Shown here in pieces: positions 19,434 to 28,144 of a stretch of 64,000 nt of DNA (positions are counted from its first letter, which is position 1; the number at the start of each line of letters is the position of its first letter). Location: assembly GCA_965222375.1 (NCBI GenBank), contig CBDCTZ010000005.1:256001-320000 (forward strand), written 5' to 3'. The position numbers and the translations under genes are program-made. This DNA is from Polyangiaceae bacterium (GTDB lineage: Bacteria > Myxococcota_A > Polyangia > Polyangiales > Polyangiaceae). The notes under the pieces are model-generated. The model was given only the letters and a program-made list of their open reading frames with translations, made no database searches and had not been told where the DNA came from.

Positions 19434-20336
19434 ATGAAATCCCTGTACGCAGCCCTCGGGCTCTTGATCGCCGCCTGCGGCGGTGCCACGGACAAAGACC
19501 TCACTTCCGCCGGCGGTAACGCTGGCAGTGCGGGAACAGCCGGCAGCGGCGCCACGGGCGCGATCGGCGGCAACGGAGCAACCAGTGGCAGCGGTGGATC
19601 CGGTGCAGTCAGCGGCAGCGGTGGATCCGGCGCAGTCAGCGGCAGCGGTGGATCCGGCGCACTCGGCGGTAGCGGCGGCTTCGGTGGAGGCCCGAGCTGT
19701 TGCAAGACGAGCCAGGACTGCCCGAGCTATGCGTTCGGCCCGCCACCGCAATGTGTCAATGGTGTGTGCAAGGAGGCCGTGCCTCCGGGACTGTGTTGGA
19801 CCGACAAGGACTGCGCGGCCGGAGTCCAGGGCGCGTGCATCGGTGCGTCCGTCTGCCCGTGTGGTGCCGACTGCGACGCCCCGGACCAGCCCGGCAAGTG
19901 CGTAACCGTCGGCCCGGGATGCTGCAGCAAGGACACGGATTGCCCTGCCACCAGTGCGGGCAAGGAAGTGTGCATCTCGGGTAACTGCGAACCAGCACCG
20001 CCTCCCGGCAAGTGTTGGAGCAACAAGGACTGTCCGCCAGGCGGCGGGGGCTGTGTCGGCAAATGTATCTGTCCTTGCGGCGCGATCTGCGCGTGCGGTG
20101 GACAGATGGGCACGTGCGCGCCGCCACCTCCCGACCCGCTGTGCTGCGTGGCAGACATCGAGTGCATCGGCATCGGTGTGTGCGCCGGCGGCGTCTGCAA
20201 AGCACCCGTCCCCGGAGGCTGCTGGAAGGACGCAGACTGTGGTCCCGACGCAACCTGCGAGGGCGAGTCCATCTGTCCCTGCGGCGCGCTGTGCGGCCTC
20301 GCCGACTACCCCGGCAAGTGCGAGAAGAAGAACTGA
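19434..20336 (+). CDS. Cys-rich repeat lipoprotein
   Basis: LIAA-C lipobox, Gly/Ser linker, three repeats of CC....C...C..G.C....PG.CW...DC...C.G...CPCGA.C. Confidence 0.7.
   Translation: MKSLYAALGLLIAACGGATDKDLTSAGGNAGSAGTAGSGATGAIGGNGATSGSGGSGAVSGSGGSGAVSGSGGSGALGGSGGFGGGPSCCKTSQDCPSYAFGPPPQCVNGVCKEAVPPGLCWTDKDCAAGVQGACIGASVCPCGADCDAPDQPGKCVTVGPGCCSKDTDCPATSAGKEVCISGNCEPAPPPGKCWSNKDCPPGGGGCVGKCICPCGAICACGGQMGTCAPPPPDPLCCVADIECIGIGVCAGGVCKAPVPGGCWKDADCGPDATCEGESICPCGALCGLADYPGKCEKKN
19584..19664 (+). repeat. 3 x 27-bp coding tandem repeat (SGSGGSGAV)
   Basis: AGCGGCAGCGGTGGATCCGGCGCAGTC units at 19584, 19611 and 19638. Confidence 0.85.
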
Positions 20337-20450
20337 CGGCCGCACACACATCAAACGCTCGAAAGCACTCCGGAGCACGGCCCCGCGCGCCTGCAGCTCC
20401 ACCTCAAGAAGCGCTTGTCCTGAAGCCGGGCTCGGAGTACCGACGATCCC

Positions 20451-21362
20451 ATGGGACGAGCGAACAAACCACCGCGGCGCCTGCGGGTAGCCACTCTGCA
20501 GTACTTCATCCGACCGGTGGAGGGCTTCGCGCAGTTCGAGGATCAAGTCAGCGCGCTGGTCCAAACCGCCGCCGACTATGACTGTCGCCTGATGGTCTTC
20601 CCGGAGTACTTCTCCACCCAACTACTCACTTTGGCCGGCACCGATCGACCGATTCAGCAGCAGATCCGCAAGCTAGCCGACTTCGAGCAGCGCATCGTCG
20701 ACATGTTCAAGGCGCTGGCGAAAGAGCATCAGATCTTCATCGTCGGCGGCTCCCTGCCCGCGGTCGATCCACCCGATCTCGAGACGGTCTACAACGAGTG
20801 CTACGTCTATGCGCCCAACGGCGAGTGGGAGGTACAAGGCAAGCTGCACATGACCCGCTTCGAACGGGAAGACTGGGTCGTTTCACCCCACACGCGGCTG
20901 CGACTTTTCGACACCGAGGTCGGCAAGTTCGCCGTCACGATCTGCTACGATGTCGAGTTTCCAGAGCTGGCTCGAGCTGCGGCCCGAGCCGGCGCCTACA
21001 TCTTGATCGTGCCCAGCTGTACGGATGACCGCCAGGGCTACCTGCGGGTGCGCTACTGCGCGCAGGCCCGCGCGATCGAAAACCAAATGTACGTGATTCA
21101 CGCCTGCACCGTGGGCAGCTTGCCCCAGGTCCCCGCTGTCTCTTTGAACTACGGCCAAGCGTCCATCCTCACGCCCAGCGACTTCGCCTTCTCCCGGGAT
21201 GGCATCCTGGCAGAAGGCGTCCCGAACCAAGAGTCCATGGTCATCGGGGAGCTGGACATGGACCTGATCCGAGAAGCGCGAGAAGACGGCACCGTGCTGC
21301 CCTTGCGCGACAGCACCTCATCAGCCGAAGTGTCGAGAACTCTGGACACGGTCACCCTCTGA
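20451..21362 (+). CDS. Carbon-nitrogen hydrolase (nitrilase superfamily)
   Basis: Intact triad: FPEY, QGKLH, ICYDVEFPE; RVRYCAQARAIENQ. Confidence 0.9.
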   Translation: MGRANKPPRRLRVATLQYFIRPVEGFAQFEDQVSALVQTAADYDCRLMVFPEYFSTQLLTLAGTDRPIQQQIRKLADFEQRIVDMFKALAKEHQIFIVGGSLPAVDPPDLETVYNECYVYAPNGEWEVQGKLHMTRFEREDWVVSPHTRLRLFDTEVGKFAVTICYDVEFPELARAAARAGAYILIVPSCTDDRQGYLRVRYCAQARAIENQMYVIHACTVGSLPQVPAVSLNYGQASILTPSDFAFSRDGILAEGVPNQESMVIGELDMDLIREAREDGTVLPLRDSTSSAEVSRTLDTVTL

Positions 21363-21370
21363 GCAGCCCC

Positions 21371-22936
21371 ATGGCCCAATCCAAGAAGAAAAAGAAGCGC
21401 TCCCGCCCGAGCCGCGTGAAAGTCAGGCGGCTCAGCGTCGAGGACTACGACCGGGTTTGCGAGATCCAGCTGCGCTGCTTCCCGGGCATGAAGCCCTGGC
21501 TTAAAGCGCAGTTCGAAAGCCAAATCGAGCGTTTTCCCGACGGGCAGATCGGCGTCGAAGTCGATGGCACCTTGGTCGCGTCGTCGTCGAGCCTGGTCGT
21601 GGACTTCGATCTTTACTCGGAGTGGCACAACTGGACCGAGATGTCCGGCAACGGATACATCACGAACCACACCGACACCGGCGACACCATGTACGGCATC
21701 GAGATCATGGTGGATCCGGACTTTCGCGGTCAACGCTTGTCGCGACGCTTGTACGACGCTCGTAAGCAACTCGCCCGAAAGATGAATCTGGCCCGCATCA
21801 TGATCGGTGGTCGCATTCCGGGCTACCACAAGCATGCGGAGGAAATGAGTGCGGAGGCCTACACCGAGAAGGTCATGGCGAAAGTCCTACACGACCCGGT
21901 CTTGACGGCACAAATCGCCAACGGCTTTTCCTTGAAGCGGCTGATCCCTGACTACCTACCCGTCGACTCCGAATCCTGCGGCTATGCCTCCTTCCTCGAG
22001 TGGACCAACTTCGACCGGCGCGCTGACGAAAGACGTTACTTCCGGGCGGTGGAGCAGGTGCGGCTCGCGGTCGTGCAGTATGAGCTGAGACCCGTGGAGT
22101 CCTTCGAGGAGTTCGCCAAACAGTGCACGTACTTCGTCGACGTGGCGGCGGACTCCCGTGCGGATTTCGTCGTATTTCCCGGCCTGGTTACGGCGCAGCT
22201 GTTTTGCATCACCCCCGCACTCCGCCCCGGCCTGGCCGCACGCAAGCTCGCCGAGTTCACGCCTCAGTACGAAGAGCTCATGAGCGGCCTCGCCATCCGC
22301 TACAACATCAACATTATTGGCGGCTCCCAGTTCACCATCGACGATGGCAATCTGAGGAATACTGCATTCCTATTCCGTCGGGATGGCAGCACCGGACGGC
22401 AGCACAAGCTGCACATTCCACCCGCCGAACGGCGTTGGTGGGGCGTGCAACCCGGAACCGAGCTCGAGGTCTTCGAAACCGACAGCACCAAGATCGCCAT
22501 CTTGGGTGGCTACGACATCCAATTCCCGGAGCTCTCCCGTTGCGCCGCCAAGAAGGGCGCGCGCGTGCTCTTCGTGCCCTTCGCGTCCGAGGATCGAAAC
22601 TCGTACATGCGAATTCGCTACTGCGCCCAGGCGCGCTGCATCGAAAATCACGTCTACACAGCGATTTCCGGCTCCACCGGCAACCTGCCCTTCGTGGACA
22701 ACGCCGACGTGCACTACGCCCAGTCGGCGATCTTGACGCCTTGCGATTTTTCTTTCGCTCGAGACGGCATCGCGGCCGAATGCACGCCCAACATCGAGGC
22801 CGTCCAGGTGCACGACTTGGATATCGAGCTGCTGCGCCGGCAGCGCTTCGAGGGCACCACCACCAATTGGTACGATCGCCGCAAGGACATCTACCGGCTA
22901 ACCCAACTCGACGCCGGCGAGCAGCGCGAGGTTTGA
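21371..22936 (+). CDS. GNAT N-acetyltransferase / carbon-nitrogen hydrolase fusion (YhcX-like), hydrolase domain degenerate
   Basis: GNAT VDPDFRGQRLSRRLY and GGRIPGY. C-terminal CN-hydrolase has FPG and GGYD in place of FPE and ICYD. Confidence 0.88.
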   Translation: MAQSKKKKKRSRPSRVKVRRLSVEDYDRVCEIQLRCFPGMKPWLKAQFESQIERFPDGQIGVEVDGTLVASSSSLVVDFDLYSEWHNWTEMSGNGYITNHTDTGDTMYGIEIMVDPDFRGQRLSRRLYDARKQLARKMNLARIMIGGRIPGYHKHAEEMSAEAYTEKVMAKVLHDPVLTAQIANGFSLKRLIPDYLPVDSESCGYASFLEWTNFDRRADERRYFRAVEQVRLAVVQYELRPVESFEEFAKQCTYFVDVAADSRADFVVFPGLVTAQLFCITPALRPGLAARKLAEFTPQYEELMSGLAIRYNINIIGGSQFTIDDGNLRNTAFLFRRDGSTGRQHKLHIPPAERRWWGVQPGTELEVFETDSTKIAILGGYDIQFPELSRCAAKKGARVLFVPFASEDRNSYMRIRYCAQARCIENHVYTAISGSTGNLPFVDNADVHYAQSAILTPCDFSFARDGIAAECTPNIEAVQVHDLDIELLRRQRFEGTTTNWYDRRKDIYRLTQLDAGEQREV

Positions 22937-23181
22937 GGCAGTTCAAGGGATCACTGGGATGGCGCACCCGGTTGGGCGGTGCCCCACCCGAGCGCACTTT
23001 CGAACCAAACCAGTTCCGTCGCTGCGCCCTGCAGCTTGCCAGAGGTTGCCTGGCGCCGGTTCCGCACGACCAGACACGAAGCTCGGACCCCGCGCCATGT
23101 TTTGGCTAGCCGCCGCCTATCGCCAACGCCCCACAAATGCACAAGGCTACGCAGACACCCGAACCCACGGAGACACCACGC

Positions 23182-23865
23182 ATGAGCGCCGACCTCTTCC
23201 CCAAACGCTGGCCCTCCACCCATCCTGATCGCCTTCAGCTGTACTCCCTGGCGACGCCCAACGGACAGAAGGCCGGCATCGCCCTCGAAGAGCTCGGCCT
23301 CGACTACGAAGCGCATCGCATCGACATCATGAAGAACGATCAGTTCGATCCGGACTTCGTCAAGCTCAACCCCAACTCGAAGATCCCCACCCTTCTCGAC
23401 CCCAAGGGCCCTGACGACAAGCCCATCGCGATCATGGAGTCCGGCGCCATCTTGCTCTACCTCGCCAGGAAGGCCGGCAAGCTCCTGCCCGAGACCCCTC
23501 GCCAAAAGATCGAACTCCAGCAGTGGCTGTTCTTCCAAGTCGGCCACATCGGCCCGATGTTCGGCCAATTCGGACACTTCTACAAATTCGCCAAGGGCAA
23601 AACCGACGGCTACGGCGAAGAGCGCTACGGCAAAGAAACCAAGCGCCTGTTGGAGGTACTGGAGCGCCAACTCCAAGACCGCGATTACCTACTCGGCGAT
23701 TTCTCCCTCGCCGACATTGCCACCGTTCCCTGGATCGAGGCCCTCGACTTCTACGAAGCCAAGGACGCCGTCGATTACGACACCTTCCCCAAGGTGAACG
23801 CGTGGGTGAAGCGCTTCCTCGACCGCCCCACCGTCCAACGCGGCCTGAAGGTCTGCGCCTTCTAG
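23182..23865 (+). CDS. Glutathione S-transferase, YfcG/YghU-like
   Basis: LYSLATPNGQK, NPNSKIP, ESGAILLYLA, WLFFQ, FSLADIA. Confidence 0.9.
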   Translation: MSADLFPKRWPSTHPDRLQLYSLATPNGQKAGIALEELGLDYEAHRIDIMKNDQFDPDFVKLNPNSKIPTLLDPKGPDDKPIAIMESGAILLYLARKAGKLLPETPRQKIELQQWLFFQVGHIGPMFGQFGHFYKFAKGKTDGYGEERYGKETKRLLEVLERQLQDRDYLLGDFSLADIATVPWIEALDFYEAKDAVDYDTFPKVNAWVKRFLDRPTVQRGLKVCAF

Positions 23866-23966
23866 GCCTGCTCGCCGCTTCTAGACCCCACGACGCAATC
23901 CCAGACCAGAACGAGAGCGCCGGCGACTAGCTGATGTCGCCCGGTCCCCAAAACTTCTAGGTTGGT

Positions 23967-24027
23967 TTGGGGTCGGTTCGCGGGTGCACCCGGGGCCACT
24001 ACTCCCAACCTGGGCCGCGCCTTGCGT
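23967..24027 (+). repeat. Copy B of dispersed intergenic repeat
   Basis: TTGGGGTCGGTTCGCGGGTGCACCCGGGGCCACTACTCCCAACC... aligns to the reverse complement of 8284-8344. Confidence 0.55.
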
Positions 24028-24261
24028 TAGGGCCGAGCCGCTACCGACGCGGGCGACGCGGGCGAGGGTCGACGGATCTGCGTCCGCCGGGACCGGGTCT
24101 CGATCGCGGCGTTGCGCGCCCCTCCGCTGCATGGCGGAAGGCTGATAAGGAGAGGCGTACCTGTACAAACTGCAGACACAAATATCCCAGGGTGGGAGGG
24201 CAACTTGGTCGGCCCACTGAGTCAGCCGGTTGCGCGGAATCTGTACGGTGCCCCACCCCGG

Positions 24262-25734
24262 CTCATGATTGATCAGATCTCAACAGGGCTTGTGCGAACT
24301 GGAAGCCGATCTCGTAGTCGAGGAGTTTGAAGTATCCGCGACCGAGAGTCTGCCAACCCGGCAGTCCGTTGTTTCTGAGGTGGCCACCCACCCGGGCGAC
24401 TGCGTAGAGCGCTTCTTGCACTGTCTGTGGGAGTGAGGGCAGCTTCAGTTTCAGTTGCAGTAGCTGCAGCTGTATCGGGGTCAGGACTGCTCGCGCCGGG
24501 AGTTCTGGCGCTTCGCGCACGAGCGAGCGCATCAGAAGCAAGCGCCAAGCGACGGGAAGGAACACCGCCAGGGCGTTGCTCAGCGCGTGGTAGGACTCGA
24601 GTTGCCGTTTCTCGAGGGAGCAACCCTGCTTGAGGGTCTTGAAGAATTCCTCGATGACCCATCGGCTGCGATAGGTGTCGACCACTCGTTCGATGTCCTC
24701 GTCGGTGTCGATCGCTTCCGTGGTCAGAAGCACCCACTCGACGGGGGGCTCGTTCTCTGCTGGGCTCGGCTCCCAGACGCGCACCACGTTCAGCTCGATG
24801 GCGGCAGGACCCGTGCGGCATCCCTGAGGCCGTAGGACAGTGACCGTTCTTGCCGCCATCGCGACTTCTACCTCTCGAGCATTGCGTGGAGGATGCGTCT
24901 TGGCGGAGCGAGTCATGCAGGTTTCCGGCCGCTTTGAGATGAAGATCTTCCGAAAAACACGGGGCTCGAGCTGTTCCACCGCGGCTCGCAGACGGACGAT
25001 GTCGTCGTCGTCATCCGTGGCTCGGTCCTGTGAGGACCGGATCACGAATCGAGCACCGAGTTCTTGCGCCTTCGCAATCACTTCGTAGATGTCCGCTTCA
25101 CGGTCCATCACGTGCACGACCTCGGCGCCTGCACAGCGGACATGGACTGTCTCGAGCATCGCGGGCCAGCGCAAAGACTCCCTCTCCGAGTCCTCGCGCT
25201 TGTCCCGTGAGTGACGTCCCCGCCCGCCCTTGTGCTCGGTTCTGGCCCAGTGGCGCAGGTCGAGCACGCCAAGGGGAACACGCGATTCGCCGGGCAGTAC
25301 CGCCAGGGCAGTGTGAGCGAAGAACCCCTGCGCCTTGCTCGATGTCGGCCCCAACCCGGCCCGTTTGCTCTTGCCTCCTACGGTCACCTCAGTGGTGTCA
25401 TGCACTACCAGGCACGGACCCGCCGCCTTTACCCGCTCCACCGTCGCACGAATGTGCGGCGCCAACACCTGCTTGGGCTTCACCTGCTCGTTGCGCAGGA
25501 ATCGATACACACCCTCCAACTCAGATGCTGTGCTGGTGGCTCTCGGAAACCCGGCGTCCGGTGCCGCCATCACGGTTTCCGCCAACCACAAAAGCCGCTT
25601 CGAACGACGCCGATCCCCCAGCTTTGCCCCGCAAAACTCCACAGATATCGGCTGCCTCATCCACTCGGTTGTTCCCATTCCCACGGTAGATCACACCTGC
25701 CAGATCTTGGCAACGAGATGTGTATGATCATGAG
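24262..25734 (-). mobile_element. Complete IS4-family (IS50/Tn5-like) insertion sequence, 1473 bp
   Basis: IRs CTCATGATTGATCAGATCTC (24262-24281) and revcomp CTCATGATCATACACATCTC (25715-25734), 15/20 identical. 9-bp TSD CCACCCCGG at 24253-24261 and 25735-25743. Confidence 0.92.
24263..25684 (-). CDS. IS4 family transposase (Tn5-like DDE)
   Basis: LGDRRRSKRL, VHDTTE, VMDREAD, EWVLLT, YRSRWVIEEFFKTLK (YREK), PGWQTLGRG. Confidence 0.93.
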   Translation of the reverse strand: MGMGTTEWMRQPISVEFCGAKLGDRRRSKRLLWLAETVMAAPDAGFPRATSTASELEGVYRFLRNEQVKPKQVLAPHIRATVERVKAAGPCLVVHDTTEVTVGGKSKRAGLGPTSSKAQGFFAHTALAVLPGESRVPLGVLDLRHWARTEHKGGRGRHSRDKREDSERESLRWPAMLETVHVRCAGAEVVHVMDREADIYEVIAKAQELGARFVIRSSQDRATDDDDDIVRLRAAVEQLEPRVFRKIFISKRPETCMTRSAKTHPPRNAREVEVAMAARTVTVLRPQGCRTGPAAIELNVVRVWEPSPAENEPPVEWVLLTTEAIDTDEDIERVVDTYRSRWVIEEFFKTLKQGCSLEKRQLESYHALSNALAVFLPVAWRLLLMRSLVREAPELPARAVLTPIQLQLLQLKLKLPSLPQTVQEALYAVARVGGHLRNNGLPGWQTLGRGYFKLLDYEIGFQFAQALLRSDQS

Positions 25735-25920
25735 CCACCCCGGGTGGGACAACTTGTCGGGCGATCGCGATGCTGAGTTGCGGAAAAACGCACCGGCGAC
25801 GGGTGTCTTGCCGACTGATAAGGGCTGCGGTGCGGGCGGGCCCTTTGGGGGCCCGCCACATCCGCACCTCCGCCGGGGCGCCGGCGCCGCGGGTGTCAGC
25901 CGTTCGAAGCAGAGAAAGGC

Positions 25921-26096
25921 GTGGGCGAGTGCATCAACAGTGCAATTCGCCTTCGCCAGTGATGCCAGTGGAGGTGTGAGCAGCAATGCGACGCCGCCAA
26001 GCGAAGCGCCGGTCCAGCAGCCGTGAGCGTGTGGGCGAGTACATCGACAGTGCAATTCGCCTCCGCCAGAGGAGGTGAACAGCAAATGCGAACGCC
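25921..26096 (+). repeat. Two imperfect direct repeats (110-bp period) upstream of HNH gene
   Basis: GTGGGCGAGTRCATCRACAGTGCAATTCGCCTYCGCCAG at 25921-25959 and 26031-26069 (36/39 identical); weaker similarity continues downstream. Confidence 0.85.
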
Positions 26097-26131
26097 CGGT
26101 GCGCCAGCGGCGGCCGAGCGGCGACGTCGCT

Positions 26132-26199
26132 CTCGGGTGGTCGCGACTTCGCGCTCCGACTTGCGTCCCTGATCTCACTCTGGTGGTCGCGAGTTCGCG
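26132..26199 (+). repeat. 22-bp direct repeat pair
   Basis: CTCGGGTGGTCGCGACTTCGCG (26132-26153) and CTCTGGTGGTCGCGAGTTCGCG (26178-26199), 20/22 identical. Confidence 0.75.
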
Positions 26200-26204
26200 G
26201 TGCG

Positions 26205-26292
26205 ATTTACATTTCTTTCTTGACGAATCTTGTTGACAGGTTTTCGAGCGCACGCGCGCACGAAACGCCAGCTTGGCGATTTGTGCGTGCGT
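26205..26292 (+). promoter_or_regulatory. Putative promoter region plus leader hairpin for HNH gene
   Basis: AT-rich patch with TTGACG (26220) and TTGACA (26233), followed by long hairpin 26252-26292; no clear -10 identified. Confidence 0.4.
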
Positions 26293-26417
26293 ACCGCGCG
26301 TGTGCGACGCGCCTGTGCGGTTTCACGCGCGAGGCGGCGCGCGCGTCGATCAGCGTCGCGATCGCCGCGCAGCGTGTCAGCTGAGAAGCCAAATAAACGC
26401 GTGTTAGGCAACTGAGT

Positions 26418-28049
26418 ATGAAACTCGCGGCATCGGAAATCTCGAAGCGCATGGCTCATCTCTCAGACGATCAAGTCCTGGCGAACTTGGGCAGCGTGAT
26501 TGGCTCGCGGCGCAAGATCACTGCACAGCTCGTGGCTTATCTCGGCGAGGTCGAGGCGCGGCGGTTGGAGCTCCGGGAGGCGTGCTCCTCCATGTACGAG
26601 TTCTGCTGCCGCAAGCTGAAGCTCAGCGAGGGCAGCGCTCATCGGCACATTGCGGCGGCTCGGGTTGCGCGCAGCTATCCAATAGTTCTCGACCTGCTGC
26701 GAGAGGGGCGGATCCACGTGACGGCGCTCAGCATGCTGCGGACGTATTTGGACGAAGAAAACCACGCCGAACTGCTCGCGGCGGCCTGCGACAAGAGCAA
26801 AGCCGAAGTCGAGTTGCTCATTCGCTCACGGTTTCCGAAGAAGGACGTGGCAGATTCGATTTGCCCGGTGCCCGTGCAAGCTCGGTTCGGAGGCGATGCC
26901 GCCGCTGCGGGCCACTCAGTTGGCGCCGCTGTGGGCCGATCGTTTGCCGCGGACCAGGAGCCGGCAACAGTTGACATGCACGAACCCAGGCCCCACGTGT
27001 CACCCCTATCCGCAGAGCGTTTTCACATCCAGTTTTCCGCAAACACCTCCCTCAAGGACAAGCTCGAGCGTGCCCTCGATTTGATGAGTCACTCGAATCC
27101 GAAACGAGATCTGGCAACAGTCATCGAGCGTGGGCTCGACCTGGTGCTGGCAGATCTGGAGAAGAAGAAGCTCAGCAAGACCAAGCACCCGAAACGGAGT
27201 CGCGGCACCAAGCACGGTGACTTCTCGCGCCAGGCCCGCCGAGAAATCTACGAGCGCGACGGCGAGCAGTGCACGTATGTGTCGCCGAGTGGCGAGCGCT
27301 GCCGGGCGAGAGCGTTCGTGCAACTCGACCACGAAAACCCGCGCGCCTGTGGTGGCGCTGGCACGACTGACAACGGGCGTCTGCTATGCCGGGCGCACAA
27401 CTTGTTCGAGGCCGAGAAGGTGTTCGGGCGACCGTTCATCGAGAGCAGAATTCGCGTTCGCCAGCAGAGGTTGGACTGCGAATCTCGGCGCGCACACGAA
27501 GAGAGCAGCGTTGTCTCGGCGGGCGCTGGGGTCGGGCCGGAGGCACCTGAACAGAACGACGCCGAAGACGCTATCGAACCGGATTCCGCGGGCGGCGTAA
27601 TTCGCCTTCGCCAGCAGAGGTTGGACCTCGACTCGCGGCACGGGCATGGCCCGACAAGTGGCGGAGGCAACGCTGACCTGCCCACGCTGATCGACGCGCC
27701 GAGCTGCCGCCCACGTGACGCTGATGAAACCGCGACATCCAAACCATTTGGCTGCGCCTCGGACGAGTTCCGCGCCAGTCAATCACTCGGCCATCTGGAG
27801 CACGTAGCGGACGCTGCTGCGGAGTCGGAGACGGAGCTCTTGCCGAGGGGCGAAGTGCGTGACGAAGCCCGCGTGGACTCGGCCGAGATGAAATCCAAGC
27901 TTGTCAGCGCACTCACGAACATGGGCTTTCGGCAACGAGAGTCGAAGAAAGCCGTAGCCACGCTGGCGTGGCGAGATGACAGCCGCAGCCAGAGCGCCGA
28001 GCACCTGGCTGCCCTCGTGCGACGGGCACTCGCAATTCTGGTCCCGTAG
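26418..28049 (+). CDS. DUF222-like / HNH endonuclease / RuvA C-terminal-like multidomain protein
   Basis: Helical N-terminus (LGEVEARRL...SSMYEFC...SEGSAHRHI.AAR). HNH: RDGEQC.Y....RC....QLDH..P...GG....NGRLLCRAHN. C-terminus LVSALTNMGFRQRESKKAV...LVRRALAIL resembles RuvA domain III. Confidence 0.8.
   Translation: MKLAASEISKRMAHLSDDQVLANLGSVIGSRRKITAQLVAYLGEVEARRLELREACSSMYEFCCRKLKLSEGSAHRHIAAARVARSYPIVLDLLREGRIHVTALSMLRTYLDEENHAELLAAACDKSKAEVELLIRSRFPKKDVADSICPVPVQARFGGDAAAAGHSVGAAVGRSFAADQEPATVDMHEPRPHVSPLSAERFHIQFSANTSLKDKLERALDLMSHSNPKRDLATVIERGLDLVLADLEKKKLSKTKHPKRSRGTKHGDFSRQARREIYERDGEQCTYVSPSGERCRARAFVQLDHENPRACGGAGTTDNGRLLCRAHNLFEAEKVFGRPFIESRIRVRQQRLDCESRRAHEESSVVSAGAGVGPEAPEQNDAEDAIEPDSAGGVIRLRQQRLDLDSRHGHGPTSGGGNADLPTLIDAPSCRPRDADETATSKPFGCASDEFRASQSLGHLEHVADAAAESETELLPRGEVRDEARVDSAEMKSKLVSALTNMGFRQRESKKAVATLAWRDDSRSQSAEHLAALVRRALAILVP
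27449..27626 (+). repeat. 28-bp intragenic direct repeat pair (150-bp period)
   Basis: AATTCGCGTTCGCCAGCAGAGGTTGGAC (27449) and AATTCGCCTTCGCCAGCAGAGGTTGGAC (27599), 27/28 identical. Confidence 0.85.
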
Positions 28050-28144
28050 CGGGCTCCTACAACGGACCGGCGCCGTTCGAGTCTCTGCCGCGAGCGGCCG
28101 ATGCCGCTATCTTGCTGTGGCCCGACTCAGATGTGTTGAATGCG

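Noticed and set aside
22951..23676. 241-aa ORF antisense to the GST gene
   Set aside because: Mirror of the strongly codon-biased GST reading frame.
25921..26096. CRISPR mini-array
   Set aside because: Only two units, similarity extends into the would-be spacer, the spacer is 71 nt, and there are no cas genes. Treated as a direct repeat instead.
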